Notes under the pieces: generated by a model | Seen by the model: only the letters and a program-made list of their open reading frames with translations | What the model was told of the DNA's origin: nothing | Database searches by the model: none | Position numbers and translations under genes: made by a program | From: Mitosporidium daphniae | Lineage: Eukaryota | Direction: 5' to 3' | Assembly: GCF_000760515.2 (NCBI RefSeq) | Contig: NW_013546456.1 | Span: forward strand, 1-43,317 | DNA length: 43,317 nt | Shown here: one piece after another, positions 1-11,514 of the stretch | Position numbering within the stretch: the first letter of the stretch is position 1 | Layout of the letters: every line of letters begins with the position of its first letter

Positions 1-163
1 ATATCAACCGATGATAATAAGTCATTTGTTTATATTCTAAATTTAACAATAGGATAAATAGTACCCTAAAAAATAAAGACAGCTGGCATTGTATCCTCTT
101 ATAACCGTTATTACCAATTAAAATTTAAATAGAAAGAAATAAATGATTATCATCGGTTCATAT
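1..163. repeat. Inverted repeat / foldback (MITE-like); left arm may continue outside the window
   Basis: 1-18 ATATCAACCGATGATAAT matches the reverse complement of 146-163 (ATATGAACCGATGATAAT) at 17/18; looser AT-rich complementarity continues inward. Confidence 0.55.
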
Positions 164-481
164 TATCGATTTCAACACCAAAATCAAAGAGTCGCTAATT
201 ATAGAATCACAGACGTGCCAAAACATAGGGAATGAATTCAGGTTCCTCTAAGAAATGAGTATTCAATTTGAAAAGTGAAGGATTTCATCTATGCATCGGT
301 TTTGCTGTAAAAAAAATATCATCTGCCAATCCAAACTGAAACTCGATTAAATTCAAGATTTTTTTTTAAAAAAACTTGCATTTACACGGTAATTTTGGCC
401 AATAAATAAATGAAATGCTAATTATGCAGATAAACAAAATTTAAACGCTACAAGATGCTTTATAGGGGCAAAATTTTGAAC

Positions 482-495
482 GGGCTAGGGTTAGG
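482..495 (+). promoter_or_regulatory. Telobox-like upstream motif GGGCTAGGGTT(AGG)
   Basis: About 40 nt upstream of the BRF1 ATG; the identical 11-mer lies upstream of TAF1 and CTAGGGTT lies upstream of COQ1. Confidence 0.35.
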
Positions 496-534
496 ACGCT
501 GTTTAATCAAATTCAACTTTTACAACTCGACTTT

Positions 535-2090
535 ATGAATGCATTTTCGTCGTCTGTTCCCAGTTCAGCCACGGGTTCCTCTATCCCTTCTGTTACATCA
601 GCCTCTGGATGTTTAGCATGTGGAGCGAATGAAATTGAATATGACCAAGCCCAGGGAAACTCCTTTTGTACTATTTGTGGTACCGTGCTTGAGGAAAATG
701 CAATTGTTTCTGAGATAACCTTTTCTGAAAGTGCGTCTGGGGCTAGCGTGATGCAAGGCCAATTTGTTCCAGAAAAGTCAACTGCCCTTCTTGGAATGCT
801 TGGTGGTGTTATGCCTCTTAAAGGGGGAGTCTCCCCTGGATCATCATATCGCCGTTATCAGCCTTCTGATTCTAGAGAAGTTACGATATGTCAAGCACGT
901 TTGCGTCTGCAAGCTCTTGGCTTCGCTCTTGGAATGTCAGAGCATCACATTAATGCAGCTCATCGCTGGTTTATTTTGGCATATCAACATCAATTTACGC
1001 GCGGAAGACGCTCCCAGGCAGTTGCAGCTGGATGTCTCTATATTGTATGTCGTCAAGAAAAAACGCCTCATATGCTTCTAGACTTTTCTGATGTTTTAAG
1101 AGTGAATGTTTTTGCTCTTGGGAGTGTCTTTTTGAAGCTCTGCCGGCTGTTAAACTTGGATCTTCCTCTTGTCGATCCCTCGCTCTACATTGGCCGTTTT
1201 GCCTCTCGTCTTGAATTTGGAGAGAAAACCTCCATGGTCACCGCCACTGCTCTTCGCCTTGTATCTAGAATGAAGCGTGATTGGATACAAACTGGTCGTC
1301 GACCTGCTGGCGTTTGCGGGGCCTGTATATTGATTTGCGTTTACTTTAGGCTTGCTTATAGCTGCGCGCATTTATGGATTTTCTAGATCACAAAAAGAAA
1401 TTCTAGCAGTCGTACGTGTATGTGACATGACGCTTCGAAGACGGCTGGAAGAATTTTCACGCACTCCATCATCAAAGCTTACACCGGAAGAGTTTCATGG
1501 GGTATGGCTAGAGGAAGAAATTGACCCGCCTTCTTTTTCTTTGCCGTCACTGGCAAAGAAAAAGGACAGGATTAAATCTGAACACATGCGCATTTTTGAG
1601 GAGCAGAGACTTGCGCAGCTTTTATGTACACCAACATATGCTTTTTATTTCCATTTTAGTGATTGATCCTCGGTTGCTCAACGAAGATCCAATTTCTGAT
1701 CTTTCGATTCTAGATGTCGATGAAGAGGTTTCGTCCGCATTACTTGCAGAAGCTGAAATGGAGGCAAAATCTGTACTTTGGCATGAGGCCAATAAGGATT
1801 ATATATTGCAACAGGAAGGTAATTGTGAATATTTGAGGATTTTAGAAAAGGCCCAGTTTATGCTTGAGCAAGAAAAGCTTGGAATTTCCCAACCTCCTGT
1901 AAAAAGAAGTACCAGAAAAAGAAAACAGGAGCAATATTTCAACAGTGCAGAAGGTCCAAGTTCATCCCATTTAACGCCCTCTGAAGCAGCCAAAACTTTA
2001 ATTAGTAGCAATAAGAAGCTTTCAAAAAAATTCAACTATCAAGTGCTCGATTCGCTTTTAGAGACGCCTGCATCTATCAAGCTGAGTTGA
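535..2090 (+). CDS. BRF1: TFIIIB subunit Brf1 (TFIIB-related)
   Basis: Zn ribbon CLAC...CTICG, TFIIB cyclin repeats (HQFTRGRR, RMKRDWIQTGRRPAG), C-terminal KKLSKKFNY. Intron 1325-1349 (25 nt) restores GACLLIAAR; further introns 1626-1659 (34 nt) and probably in-frame 1819-1845 (27 nt). Confidence 0.95.
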
Positions 2091-2286
2091 GGGTGTAAAA
2101 TTATTTAGCCTCTTTGTAGCGTTCATATTAGCATATTCAGATCGATATGCTTTCAGAAATCAGCAATAAAAAATATTTAAAATATGGATTTTGTCATGTA
2201 AATAGGGCCAGCTTTTATTAATGACGCCATGATTTGAAGTACAATTTTGCTTTTTAGATAATGGCTACTGAAAAACCAAGTGTCAC

Positions 2287-3283
2287 TTATTCAACATATT
2301 CTGTTATCAGCATAGCAGGCATACAGATTGCGCCAATCGGAATTGTCAGGGGAGGTGATGTTGCTATTCTTCTGGAAATATCGGGAAATGTCCTAAGAAC
2401 CTGAATTGGGTGTAAGAACAAAAGTGCACTATTTTTATATAGAGGATATCCTCTGTGTATAAAGCATTGCGTCTAAAGATAGATAATGATTGATGCAATA
2501 CGAGGTTTTTTGAGAGGAGCGCCAATAATTCTTCTAGGTACCCATTTGCAGTGCAGATGGCTTCGCTATTTGAGGTCACTACAAAGGTCCGTTCAATTGA
2601 AAGGGAAGAAACATCTTTCAAGTTTATGAATTCTGGAATTTTGGATAATTCGATCCCTGCCAAGCATTCAAAAGGAAATACTACGGATGACTCAGATAGC
2701 GAAATAGTATGAACATCGACAAGTTCAAGCCCAGAAAAGGTCTAAATTAACCAAATAAACAAACAGCAAATCGAATAGGTACTTTCAACCTTACACAAGT
2801 GGAGAGCTCCTTCATTTCTAACTGATGCACAAAAAGTAATTCTTGCAGTTCCAATAGCTGCTTTCGTCTTAATGCCTCCAATTTGGAGTCTAGATGCGCC
2901 TAAGAAAGCGAAAAAGATAAACTTACCATGGTTTTGGTCTCTAATATTTTCAAAGCGATGCGAATCTCCTGGGCTAACTGGTCTTGTAGTGTGTTTTCGG
3001 CGCTCATTAGCTGGAGGTTCAGATGAGAAATCTGTTTACTTCCATGTGCATCTTTGACCTCCTGTAGTTCCAAAAGATGACGCAGCAGCATCTTATGCAG
3101 AGGACCTTGACTTGAACAACGACATCTCGTCTTACCTCTTTGGAAATTTATCGATGCAGCAACACCATCGTTTGGTACAATATCTGGGATTGATTCATCG
3201 CTAGGTATTGCATCATCAAGATCAAGGTTTTCTGGCCACTCATCTATAGGGACATTTTCCCATGGAACAAAACAACTGTCCAT
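2287..3283 (-). CDS. Hypothetical protein, multi-exon
   Basis: ORFs 2900-3283 and 2364-2663 join in frame through GT-AG introns 2900-2926, ~2742-2782 and 2401-2429; no family recognised and the 3' end is uncertain. Confidence 0.6.
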
Positions 3284-3347
3284 TTTAAAATTTTGAATCC
3301 AAACTTGAAATCGTTAAAATCAACTCACTGACATCGGGTACCATCAA

Positions 3348-3797
3348 TTATTTTATTTTGGAGTAAAGATCATGGGCCATTTGGATCAATTTGAGCTTCA
3401 TTTCAACATTGGATAAGGTTTTTGCATCCAAGGAAGACGAGGAAGTGCCCATAAATTGAGCATCCGTTTCCAATGATTTAGCAATTGATATTTGGAGTAT
3501 AGAGAGAGCGTTTGTCACTACAGCGGCCGCTTCCTGGTTTTGAAAAGAATTTACAGGAAACGCATTTTCTGATTTCATGTTCAAACATTCAGATGCTGCT
3601 TGAGAATTACTCGCAGATATATAAGCTTTGCAAGAAACGCAATAGAGTTCTTCGCTATTCCGCGGCCGCATGAGAGGGATGGAGGGACATTTTGGGCATG
3701 AAGAATCAAGCATAGCCCAACCCTGAAGCAACTTTTCTCCCAAAGCTTCGCTGAATCGATCTGTACTTCTTGCAGAGGACGAACAAGCTGCCAGCAT
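3348..3797 (-). CDS. Sjogren/scleroderma autoantigen 1 (Auto_anti-p27, ZNRD2-like) Zn-ribbon protein
   Basis: SEALGEKLLQGWAMLDSSCPKC..IPLMR....LYCVSC signature; start placed at ATG 3797 rather than the longer ORF start. Confidence 0.8.
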   Translation of the reverse strand: MLAACSSSARSTDRFSEALGEKLLQGWAMLDSSCPKCPSIPLMRPRNSEELYCVSCKAYISASNSQAASECLNMKSENAFPVNSFQNQEAAAVVTNALSILQISIAKSLETDAQFMGTSSSSLDAKTLSNVEMKLKLIQMAHDLYSKIK

Positions 3798-4149
3798 TGT
3801 TAATTTAAAATTATTTTTCCAATAAAGTTTTGAATTTGTAACTTGTCTTGCTTTCTCATCGATGGCCTGCACTAACTGTGAAGCGAAGCTCAAATCCACC
3901 GCCACTTTGAGACGTAGTTTTGAATTCATGTTAACCGCTAGCTTATGGAGAAAGCAAACGATCGGCATCTTCAGGAAAAAGCTGTGCACTTTGTCCCAGT
4001 AAACTATTCCAGATTGGAGCCAAATTTTGCCATGGTTTGGTGTTAAAGTTTAATGTCAATAGGCTGCGCTTATGCTAAAGGGATCTGTTCATTGTGTGGC
4101 TCAAGTATAATTGATACCCGAGTTTACAGGCAGAGCAATGTGTGAGCAT

Positions 4150-4945
4150 CTACCTTCTTTTATAAATGCATGGTTTGAGTAGAAAGGTTGAGATTTTGCA
4201 TTTAACTTGTCGCCTTCGCTCCTCTTTGACAAATTTGAAATTAATAAAATAGGAGTTTTTTTCATCCTAAATGCAGATAAACCTCTCATTTCACATGCTT
4301 ACCTTTGCTAGCAGCTTGAGACCCAAATTTTGCAGCTGATCAACGAATGGCTTGATACCGGAATCGAAGCGAGAGCGAACCTCAGCAATGTAAAGAAAAC
4401 CACTACAATAAAATAGAAAGCACTACCCCTCTTTAAGAATCCGAAGTGCTTCGTCAATAAAATCTGGCCAATTTGTTCCCATTAGAGAGAGGCAAAAAAC
4501 AGCAATGTCAACGCTACTTGAGGACAAAGGGATGTTTGAAATATCTGCAGCAATGATATGCTCTTGTGTGGATACCAAATCAAATGAGTAAACTTCCACC
4601 CCAAGCAAAGACAGTGATGTTCCAAGCTTGCCCTCACCACATCCAAGGTCTGCAATCACAAGTGGAGCAAGAAGTTTAGCGCGCTTATCAATGTAGGACA
4701 GCAGTTCATCGATGATTAAATCCAAAGGATTCACAGACCACAGCCCGACCTGCATGGAAAACCCTTCGTGATACTATGGAACTTTAACTGCAAGACAAAA
4801 ATACCTGCGTAAAAAGCTCCGGATTGGCTTTAAAATGAGAAAGCGATTTGTCCCCTGTGGTTGTATATAATTTTTCATTTAGCCATCGAAATTTGGAGGC
4901 CTTAAGTTTATTTTCCAAAGAAGAGATATTCGATTTTGAAGGCAT
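4150..4945 (-). CDS. RRP8: 25S rRNA adenine methyltransferase Rrp8
   Basis: SKFRWLNEKLYT, YHEGF, VIADLGCGE, VFCLSLMGTN, AEVRSRF, terminal LKPCIYKRR; introns 4774-4804, 4403-4426, 4267-4302. Confidence 0.95.
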
Positions 4946-4973
4946 TTAAATTTTAAAAAAAGAGAAAATAAAA

Positions 4974-5375
4974 ATGAGCCCACTGGGGAACGAATTCTGC
5001 CCCTGTATGGGCCTTTCGCACGCAGTGTTTTTTCAATGCATAGACTGTGGCCAGATAATATGTGAAGCGTTTGATCCACTTGTACGAAAGTGTCCCATTT
5101 GCAATGCATCCTTAAAATACCCTATTGAAATCGAATCGCTTTTATCTGCCAGGAAAACTAGAGCCATGCAATCTTTAAAGCCTGAAAAACGTCAAAGCGC
5201 TGACCTGTGTAATATTGCCTTTAAAGATTGCAATGATGAAAAATGCTTAAAAGAATGGCACATGCCGAAACAGTTTGATAGCAAAGCCCAAGCTCAGGCG
5301 ATTAAAGAAGATGGCGCAACCCTGAAGCCATTTAGGAATAGAAAGGCCACGATAACACGTGTCGGAAAATTTTAG
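4974..5375 (+). CDS. RQT4: Small zf-C2HC5 protein, Rqt4/TRIP4(ASC-1)-like
   Basis: C-x-C-x4-H-x5-C-x2-CG-x-I-x-CE-x8-C-x2-C (CPCMGLSHAVFFQCIDCGQIICEAFDPLVRKCPIC) fits the TRIP4/Rqt4 zinc finger; only 133 aa. Confidence 0.75.
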   Translation: MSPLGNEFCPCMGLSHAVFFQCIDCGQIICEAFDPLVRKCPICNASLKYPIEIESLLSARKTRAMQSLKPEKRQSADLCNIAFKDCNDEKCLKEWHMPKQFDSKAQAQAIKEDGATLKPFRNRKATITRVGKF

Positions 5376-5742
5376 AATAAATGTACAAACAACAGCAGCA
5401 GTGCAACTAAAATGTTCAAATCAACTAAAAACAGGTCCATACTTTGATGCCAAATTTAGAAGGTCGCATGAGTTGCATCGCAACTTTTTATTTCTCCTAG
5501 GGTCTGGTTGTCAAACCCCTCACTTTGGGCATTTAGCTTTCCTCTCACCATCCCTTCTAGAGTCGCATTTCGAATAGCTTATTCCAGCATTTTCATCAAC
5601 CCTTATCAAGGATTCATCAACTTTATTTCCTGGTGTCAGTAAAGTTTATTCTTGGTTGCTACCCGAGTGACTTTCATACTCATCACAAACTCCACGTTGC
5701 CCCATTTTTGAAGCCTATTTAATTACATATCTGCCTAAACTC

Positions 5743-7645
5743 ATGACCGAGCAAATATCTAATGGAAATGTTCGCACTTCCCTGCCACCTTCTACTCAAG
5801 TTGTACCATCGTCCCTGGAGACCTCGATATATTGTGACGGAGAGAGTCCAGAGTCCACTGAGCCGTCAATGAGTACTTTAAAAGAGAAAAATATTGCACC
5901 ACCTAGTAATGTGGATCACGATAGTAGAAATGGAGCTGTTGGAAAGCTCAAGCTTGGGGCTACCACTTCGCTTCCGTTTATGGGGGACCCTGTAATATCC
6001 CCGATAAATGGATGGAACCCATCTGCTAGTAGCGATTTTTTGCCAAAAAACAACTTCAATGTGAAATTTCGCCATCACGACCATGGAAGGGCTATTTACC
6101 CTTATGGCCAGCTTGAACATCCATCTAGAAACGGGACCTCGTCAATGCCACACATGTGCCCCGGTAATTCGAGAGAAAATATTTCCATCGTGTCTCCATC
6201 GCACTATTTTGAGGGAAGAGATATTGGATGCCCATATCCTACACGTTCATACGCCTTAGAAGTCTTGCATGGTACATCTCCTTCTGGGAAGATCATTCAT
6301 TCTTCCATCAATCTCGACCAATTTGGATTACCGGTCTGGCCTTCAGCTGCCGTCATGGAGCAGGAGGCAGAGATTGCATCTCTCATAAAATATCTAGAAC
6401 CAACCGTTTTGGAGCTGGAGCAGCAACTGTTGATATTCAATGCAATTTCAGATATTACCAACGAGCTTTTCAAAACTTCGAGATTAGTTAGGTTTGGATC
6501 AACGGTAAATGGCTTTTCACTTCGTGGGGCTGATGTTGATTTTTGCCTTTTTGTTGCAAAGCCTAATGATGAAAATGCAGAAGATGAGCACAATAGCTCT
6601 ACCATTGCCGAGTCGGTGCTAACTCGCCTTGGGGCCGCTTTAATGTCCCATAGCAGGTTCATACAGATCAAGGTGCTGACCAGGGCTAGAGTCCCCATTA
6701 TTAAGCTTAAGGATTCTGTTACCGGCATATCATGTGATATTGGGGTGAATAACTCGCTTGCTTTGCATAATACTCGGCTTTTATTCTTATATGGCCAATA
6801 TGATTCTAGGGTCCTATCTTTGGCCCGTATTATAAAGTGGTGGGCAAGAAAGCGTGCCATGAACGATTCATATTGGGGTACACTTTCCTCATATTGCCTC
6901 GTCATGATGCTGGTATTCTATCTGCAACAAGGGGAGAATCCCATCCTCCCAATTCTAACCAGTAACTCATTGATTGACGAATTCATTGAATGGAGAAAAA
7001 CAGCACAGCTGCCTTCGTCCCTTCCATGTGAATCTTCGATTTCAGAATTATTGGCTCAATGCTCTATATCTTCATCAGAGCCATCTTTTAAAGACTTTAT
7101 ATCCTCATTTTATGATGCAGACAAAAACGAGTCTGGCGTCGTTGATACTATAGTTGATGGTAAATACTCGGTCAAGTACATCTCGGATGTCCTTTCTCTT
7201 AAAAAAATGTTATATCATCGCGTGTCTCACTCAAAATATCCCAATGTAAAAAGTCAAGCTATGGGCAGGAATTTATATCCCCTTTTGACGGGGTTTTTTA
7301 GGTTTTATACCCAAACCTTTTCCTTTTCAACGGAAATTGTTTCCCCCAGAACTGGAAAGGCACTCAGCAAAGAATCTAAGCAATGGTCGATTCAAGTATT
7401 CCCCAAATTTATTTATTCTCGTAGAATAACACGCCAAGAGATTCATTTTGGTTTTGTATAGAGGATCCATTCGACCAGGCTCAAAACCTTACCAGAGTCG
7501 TTACTTATAATAGGTATGAAATGTATGCCCTCCTATTTTTAGTTTGTATTACATTCGAGGGCAGTTTATTAGGGCCTCGCGGTTAGCTACCAAACGCCAC
7601 TCGATACACAGGATTTGTCTTGATGCCCTCTACTATCCTGATTGA
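5743..7645 (+). CDS. Cid1-family non-canonical poly(A)/poly(U) terminal nucleotidyltransferase
   Basis: FGS..NG....ADVD, ARVPIIK, CDI, NTRLL, KWWAR, GTLSSY, IEDPF..., LYYIRGQFIRASRL; introns 7396-7424 and 7514-7542. Confidence 0.9.
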
Positions 7646-7860
7646 TGTATGGCAAGGAATTTGTTGAGAATTACTGATGGCCGCCAATCGTTTATAGGAT
7701 TGCTTGTATTTTGATTTTTTATGTTAAATAATTGACTGTTCGCTGCAATAAAGGTCATTGTAGTGACATGCTTAACAAAAACGAAAATTTTCGATTTAAT
7801 TAAATTTAATTACACCGGATGGTATTACCTCTGCAAACTCATCATTACTAGTCTTCTAAA

Positions 7861-8195
7861 ATGCAATCGTCGGCAGACAAAGGCAAAAATACCAAGGAGT
7901 TTGCCATTCAATTTGACAAGTTTGTCAACTCATCTGTACATGTCAAGCTTTCCGGTGGCCGTCAAGGTAGCATTTTATTGTTGGCTTGATTTCATTAGTC
8001 GTCGGCATACTACGAAGCCATGATGCGCTTTTTAATCTGGTGTTGGATGATGCTGTTGAGACGCTCACAAGAGGCGATGAACCAGCGACAACTAGAAGGC
8101 TTGGACAGTTAATTTGTAGAGGCCCTTGTGTTTTGGCGGTCAACCCGGTGCATGGTTCAATGCAAATAGAAAACCCATTCATCGACAAAGAATGA
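7861..8195 (+). CDS. LSM7: U6 snRNA-associated Sm-like protein Lsm7
   Basis: VHVKLSGGRQVVGILRSHDALFNLVLDDAVE...RRLGQLICRG...IENPF; intron 7967-7998. Confidence 0.92.
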
Positions 8196-8442
8196 TGATC
8201 TTTCAATAAATTCGCCATAAATAATTTATTATTAAGAGCTACAAAGCCGTATGATGTATACTACAAACTTATTGCATTTCTATTTATCCCCTTCATTAGT
8301 TAATTGGCAAAATTTGAACACGCTCTTGCTTTACTTGAGCGAGTCTAGAATGGGTAGATTGTTTTTGTTGGTACATTGGGATGGCATGTGATCGGATGAG
8401 CATCTGGGCTTGGATTTGATAAAAGCTACAGGTAAAAAAGGG

Positions 8443-10146
8443 TCAAATACCAGGGATGTCGATTTCCAAGTCATCCAATGAAATATTTTCTTTCAATATC
8501 ACGCTAGTTTTTACCAAAGAATTTGGCTCAGTACCATTTGAGGCTTTTTCTTGGCCATCGGCAGGGAGGCCGCCATTTGAGGGCACAGGAACGGAAGGGA
8601 AATCTTTGTTGTGTTCCTCTTCTTCCTTGTAGGTCGTGGAAGCAACAATGCTAGCATAAGTAGAAACTGTTTTTCTGCGAGAAAAGGGATTAAGGGAATC
8701 ATCTGAAAAAGAAGAGCCATTCCCACCGTTAAGGATGGACACCCTTTTGCGTTCAAGCTCGGCATCTGCCGAGGCCTGGTTAATACGCCTGTTCCTTTCG
8801 AAAATTGCAGACATCGAATCAGCTCTGGAATTCCCTGCAGCATTGGAATCGGAGATTTTTTGATTTAGGATATTGAGCGATGTATTGATCCTCTCGACCT
8901 CATCAGCCATGCCAGCCTGAATGGCAAGCTCTCGCTCCTTCATTAAAAATGCCTTTTCAGAGGCAGGGTTTCTTTTCAAAACATTTAATTTCCGCTTTTC
9001 TTTGACGACAAAATCAATTTCTTTCTCCGTCATCGGGGAATTGAGAAGAAATTTTACTCTCTCCGCGAGAGAAGTTGCCTCTTTCCTCCTCATTATGTAG
9101 CAATTAGAATGACGCAGCTCCATCAGCCAGCGGCCAAATTCTTTTTGAGTGGGCGGAGAATTTGAAATTGCGTCGATGGCAAACTTTTTCAATGCCTTTC
9201 CGATGCGCAAGTTGAAGGCAGACTTTGTGACAGAGGCATTGACCGTGTACGTCTTGTAATATTCGACCACCGAATCAATTTGGCATAGCCGATAGACTTG
9301 CTCACCACGATTGGGATCCACGCCAAGAGAAAGCCGAACAAAAAAGCCAGCAAGGTCGGTTTTAAAAAACGAACGATACAGCCATTTTTCAATCAGGGAC
9401 CTAGTTAAACAGATGGGAAGGATGTGTTCCAGCTCAACAGTATCGTCCAACACTACGGGTTCTTTTTTTGCGGCACAAAAATTCTTGATCGAAGAAGCAT
9501 GCTCTTGATTTCCATAATCAGCGCGAAAAGGCTGCAGATGCTCATGTTCGTCGTCGTCCACATCGATGGTGCTTGTTTTTCGCATCCAATCAGGCTGTTT
9601 GATGGGCTTTTTGTCTTTCTGTAATTTTCGGTGCAATTCCCAGCGTTCTCTTTTTTTCTGTCTAGCAAGGTCTCGCTCAAAAAGGACATTTTCCCTCTCA
9701 ACCTCTGTCATTGCGAAAAGCCTGAAAAGGAAAATGTTGAACGGGGACTTACCTTTCCCTATCGATGGCATCGCCCATCAGGTCATCGTCGTATCCGTCT
9801 GAAAAGACAAGCTCATCATCTGAAAGTTTAGATTTCTTTGGCTGCTTCACATATTGGTCCTCATAGATCTCATCTTCCTCATTTGAATACTTTTTAGTCC
9901 TGCGAGAAAAATTGGAGGGCTTTTTTGGGTGAACTGGACTGCCGCCATCATCCTCTTCTACGTCTTCCAAAAAATCGACCGTTAGAGATTGATCATCATC
10001 CTCATCGTCATCTGAGCCACTAGGGATTTAGGAAAAAGCCCTTACAAAATATTCTTAACGGACGATGCTCTTCTATTAAGCAGTTCCAGAATATTTTTGG
10101 AAACGGATTTAATATCTTCCCCTGATCGATTCGAATTGCCTGACAT
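8443..10146 (-). CDS. RTF1: Paf1 complex subunit Rtf1 (Plus3 domain)
   Basis: DGYDDDLMGD.IDRERLFAMTEVERENVLFER and Plus3 (LTRSLIEKW, GFFVRLSLG, YRLCQI, ISNSPPTQKEF); introns 10020-10045 and 9722-9752. Confidence 0.93.
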
Positions 10147-10308
10147 GGAGGAGAGGACCGAGCAGAGCAGAATCAATTGAAAAAAATTGGCCCATGATTG
10201 GGCTAATGTTGCAAACTCTGTTTTGCAATTTTAACAAACCATTTGATTTTTAAACTTTTGTTTCATGTTGAGGGCAATTTAAGCGAGCAGTTTTCAGATC
10301 CCCATTGC

Positions 10309-11469
10309 ATGGGTGGGATAAAAAATTTGCTTTGGTCGATGAAGTGTCGTAGTACGTTTACACAAGATGCCTATGACCGTGCTTGTAGCTCTTTTGATGA
10401 AAGTGATTATGAAAATGCCTCTCTTTCCAAGGCTGCCGCCCTGGTGGTTGGCGTGCACAATCCAATTGCTCTTGCAGTTGCAATCGAGCTGGCCAAGAAA
10501 GGCTGTCGATTATATGTGTTGTCCGCTGACAAAAAAAAAGGTACCGATGCACTGGGTAGAATAGTCAGTTCTTACCCTAGCTCATGCTCTTTTCTCCCAA
10601 AGCTATACATCCACGACATCTCTAATATTCACCAAGTAAAGGCTTTTATTGAAGAGCTCACTAAGGATCTGCATGCTCTGTCGGACCACTTGTCAATTGT
10701 TCTTTTTGAAGAAGAATCGGTACAAGCGCATTGGAATGAGCCCACTGAGGAGGTACCGATGCAGCCAGATTTTTGTTCTCATGTGCTATCGTTATATTGC
10801 CTTTTGTCCCAACTGATTTACCTGAATTTGTTTGATTCCTCCAGAGAAGCTGGCAAATATCCGCATGCAAGGGTCATCGTGATCGAAAATCCCGCCCTCT
10901 TGAGACGATCTCTATTGCCGAACAATCTAGAAGGCAGTAATTGGAAAAAGTCCTTTAAATCAGGACGGGCCTACGCAAATTTCAAGCGGCAACAGATGGA
11001 GTTGATCATTTATTTTGCAGCCGTGCATCGTGATATTCATTTTTACGGTGTAAATCCCGGATTGGTCAACAATTCCGCGCTCAAATACTTGTCCTCGACA
11101 ACCTTATCTTCCATGAAGAAGAAATGCAGAACAACAGAGCAAGCAGCGGACGGGGTGGCGTGGGCAGCCATTTTCCCTTTGCTCTCGTCACAGATCCCAT
11201 CAGGCAGTCTGATTCTTGATAGGAAGGTATCTCCTGCGTATCTTTGTTTTTGCAGCAGCAAGCCATCTACGGCGCGAAGGGAGCGCTTTGCCCAGCGTCT
11301 CAATCAGTACAAGTTGAAGTATTATGATGAGGTGAGGGAAACGCCAACTCAAGGCTCCATTTCAACCAAGTCGTCCCAATTGATTGCACCGGATTCCGAT
11401 GCAATTTACAATAATCCCGAGTTGCCCTCGTATAGCGATAATGACGCCAATTTGAATAAAAAACATTAG
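10309..11469 (+). CDS. Short-chain dehydrogenase/reductase, DHRS12-like (degenerate cofactor motif)
   Basis: FTQDAYDRAC N-terminus, YxxxK (YANFK) followed by RQQ, NPGLV, RTTEQAADGVAW resemble DHRS12. Confidence 0.75.
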   Translation: MGGIKNLLWSMKCRSTFTQDAYDRACSSFDESDYENASLSKAAALVVGVHNPIALAVAIELAKKGCRLYVLSADKKKGTDALGRIVSSYPSSCSFLPKLYIHDISNIHQVKAFIEELTKDLHALSDHLSIVLFEEESVQAHWNEPTEEVPMQPDFCSHVLSLYCLLSQLIYLNLFDSSREAGKYPHARVIVIENPALLRRSLLPNNLEGSNWKKSFKSGRAYANFKRQQMELIIYFAAVHRDIHFYGVNPGLVNNSALKYLSSTTLSSMKKKCRTTEQAADGVAWAAIFPLLSSQIPSGSLILDRKVSPAYLCFCSSKPSTARRERFAQRLNQYKLKYYDEVRETPTQGSISTKSSQLIAPDSDAIYNNPELPSYSDNDANLNKKH

Positions 11470-11514
11470 TTACCCTAATTTTGTTTGAAACTTTTAGTTT
11501 TCAATTCCATTCAG

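Noticed and set aside
482..495. Telomere or interstitial telomeric array
   Set aside because: Only about two imperfect units; treated as a candidate promoter motif instead.
3798..3989. N-terminal extension of the ZNRD2-like ORF
   Set aside because: Non-ATG ORF start and an AT-rich promoter-like tract just before ATG 3797; homology begins after it.
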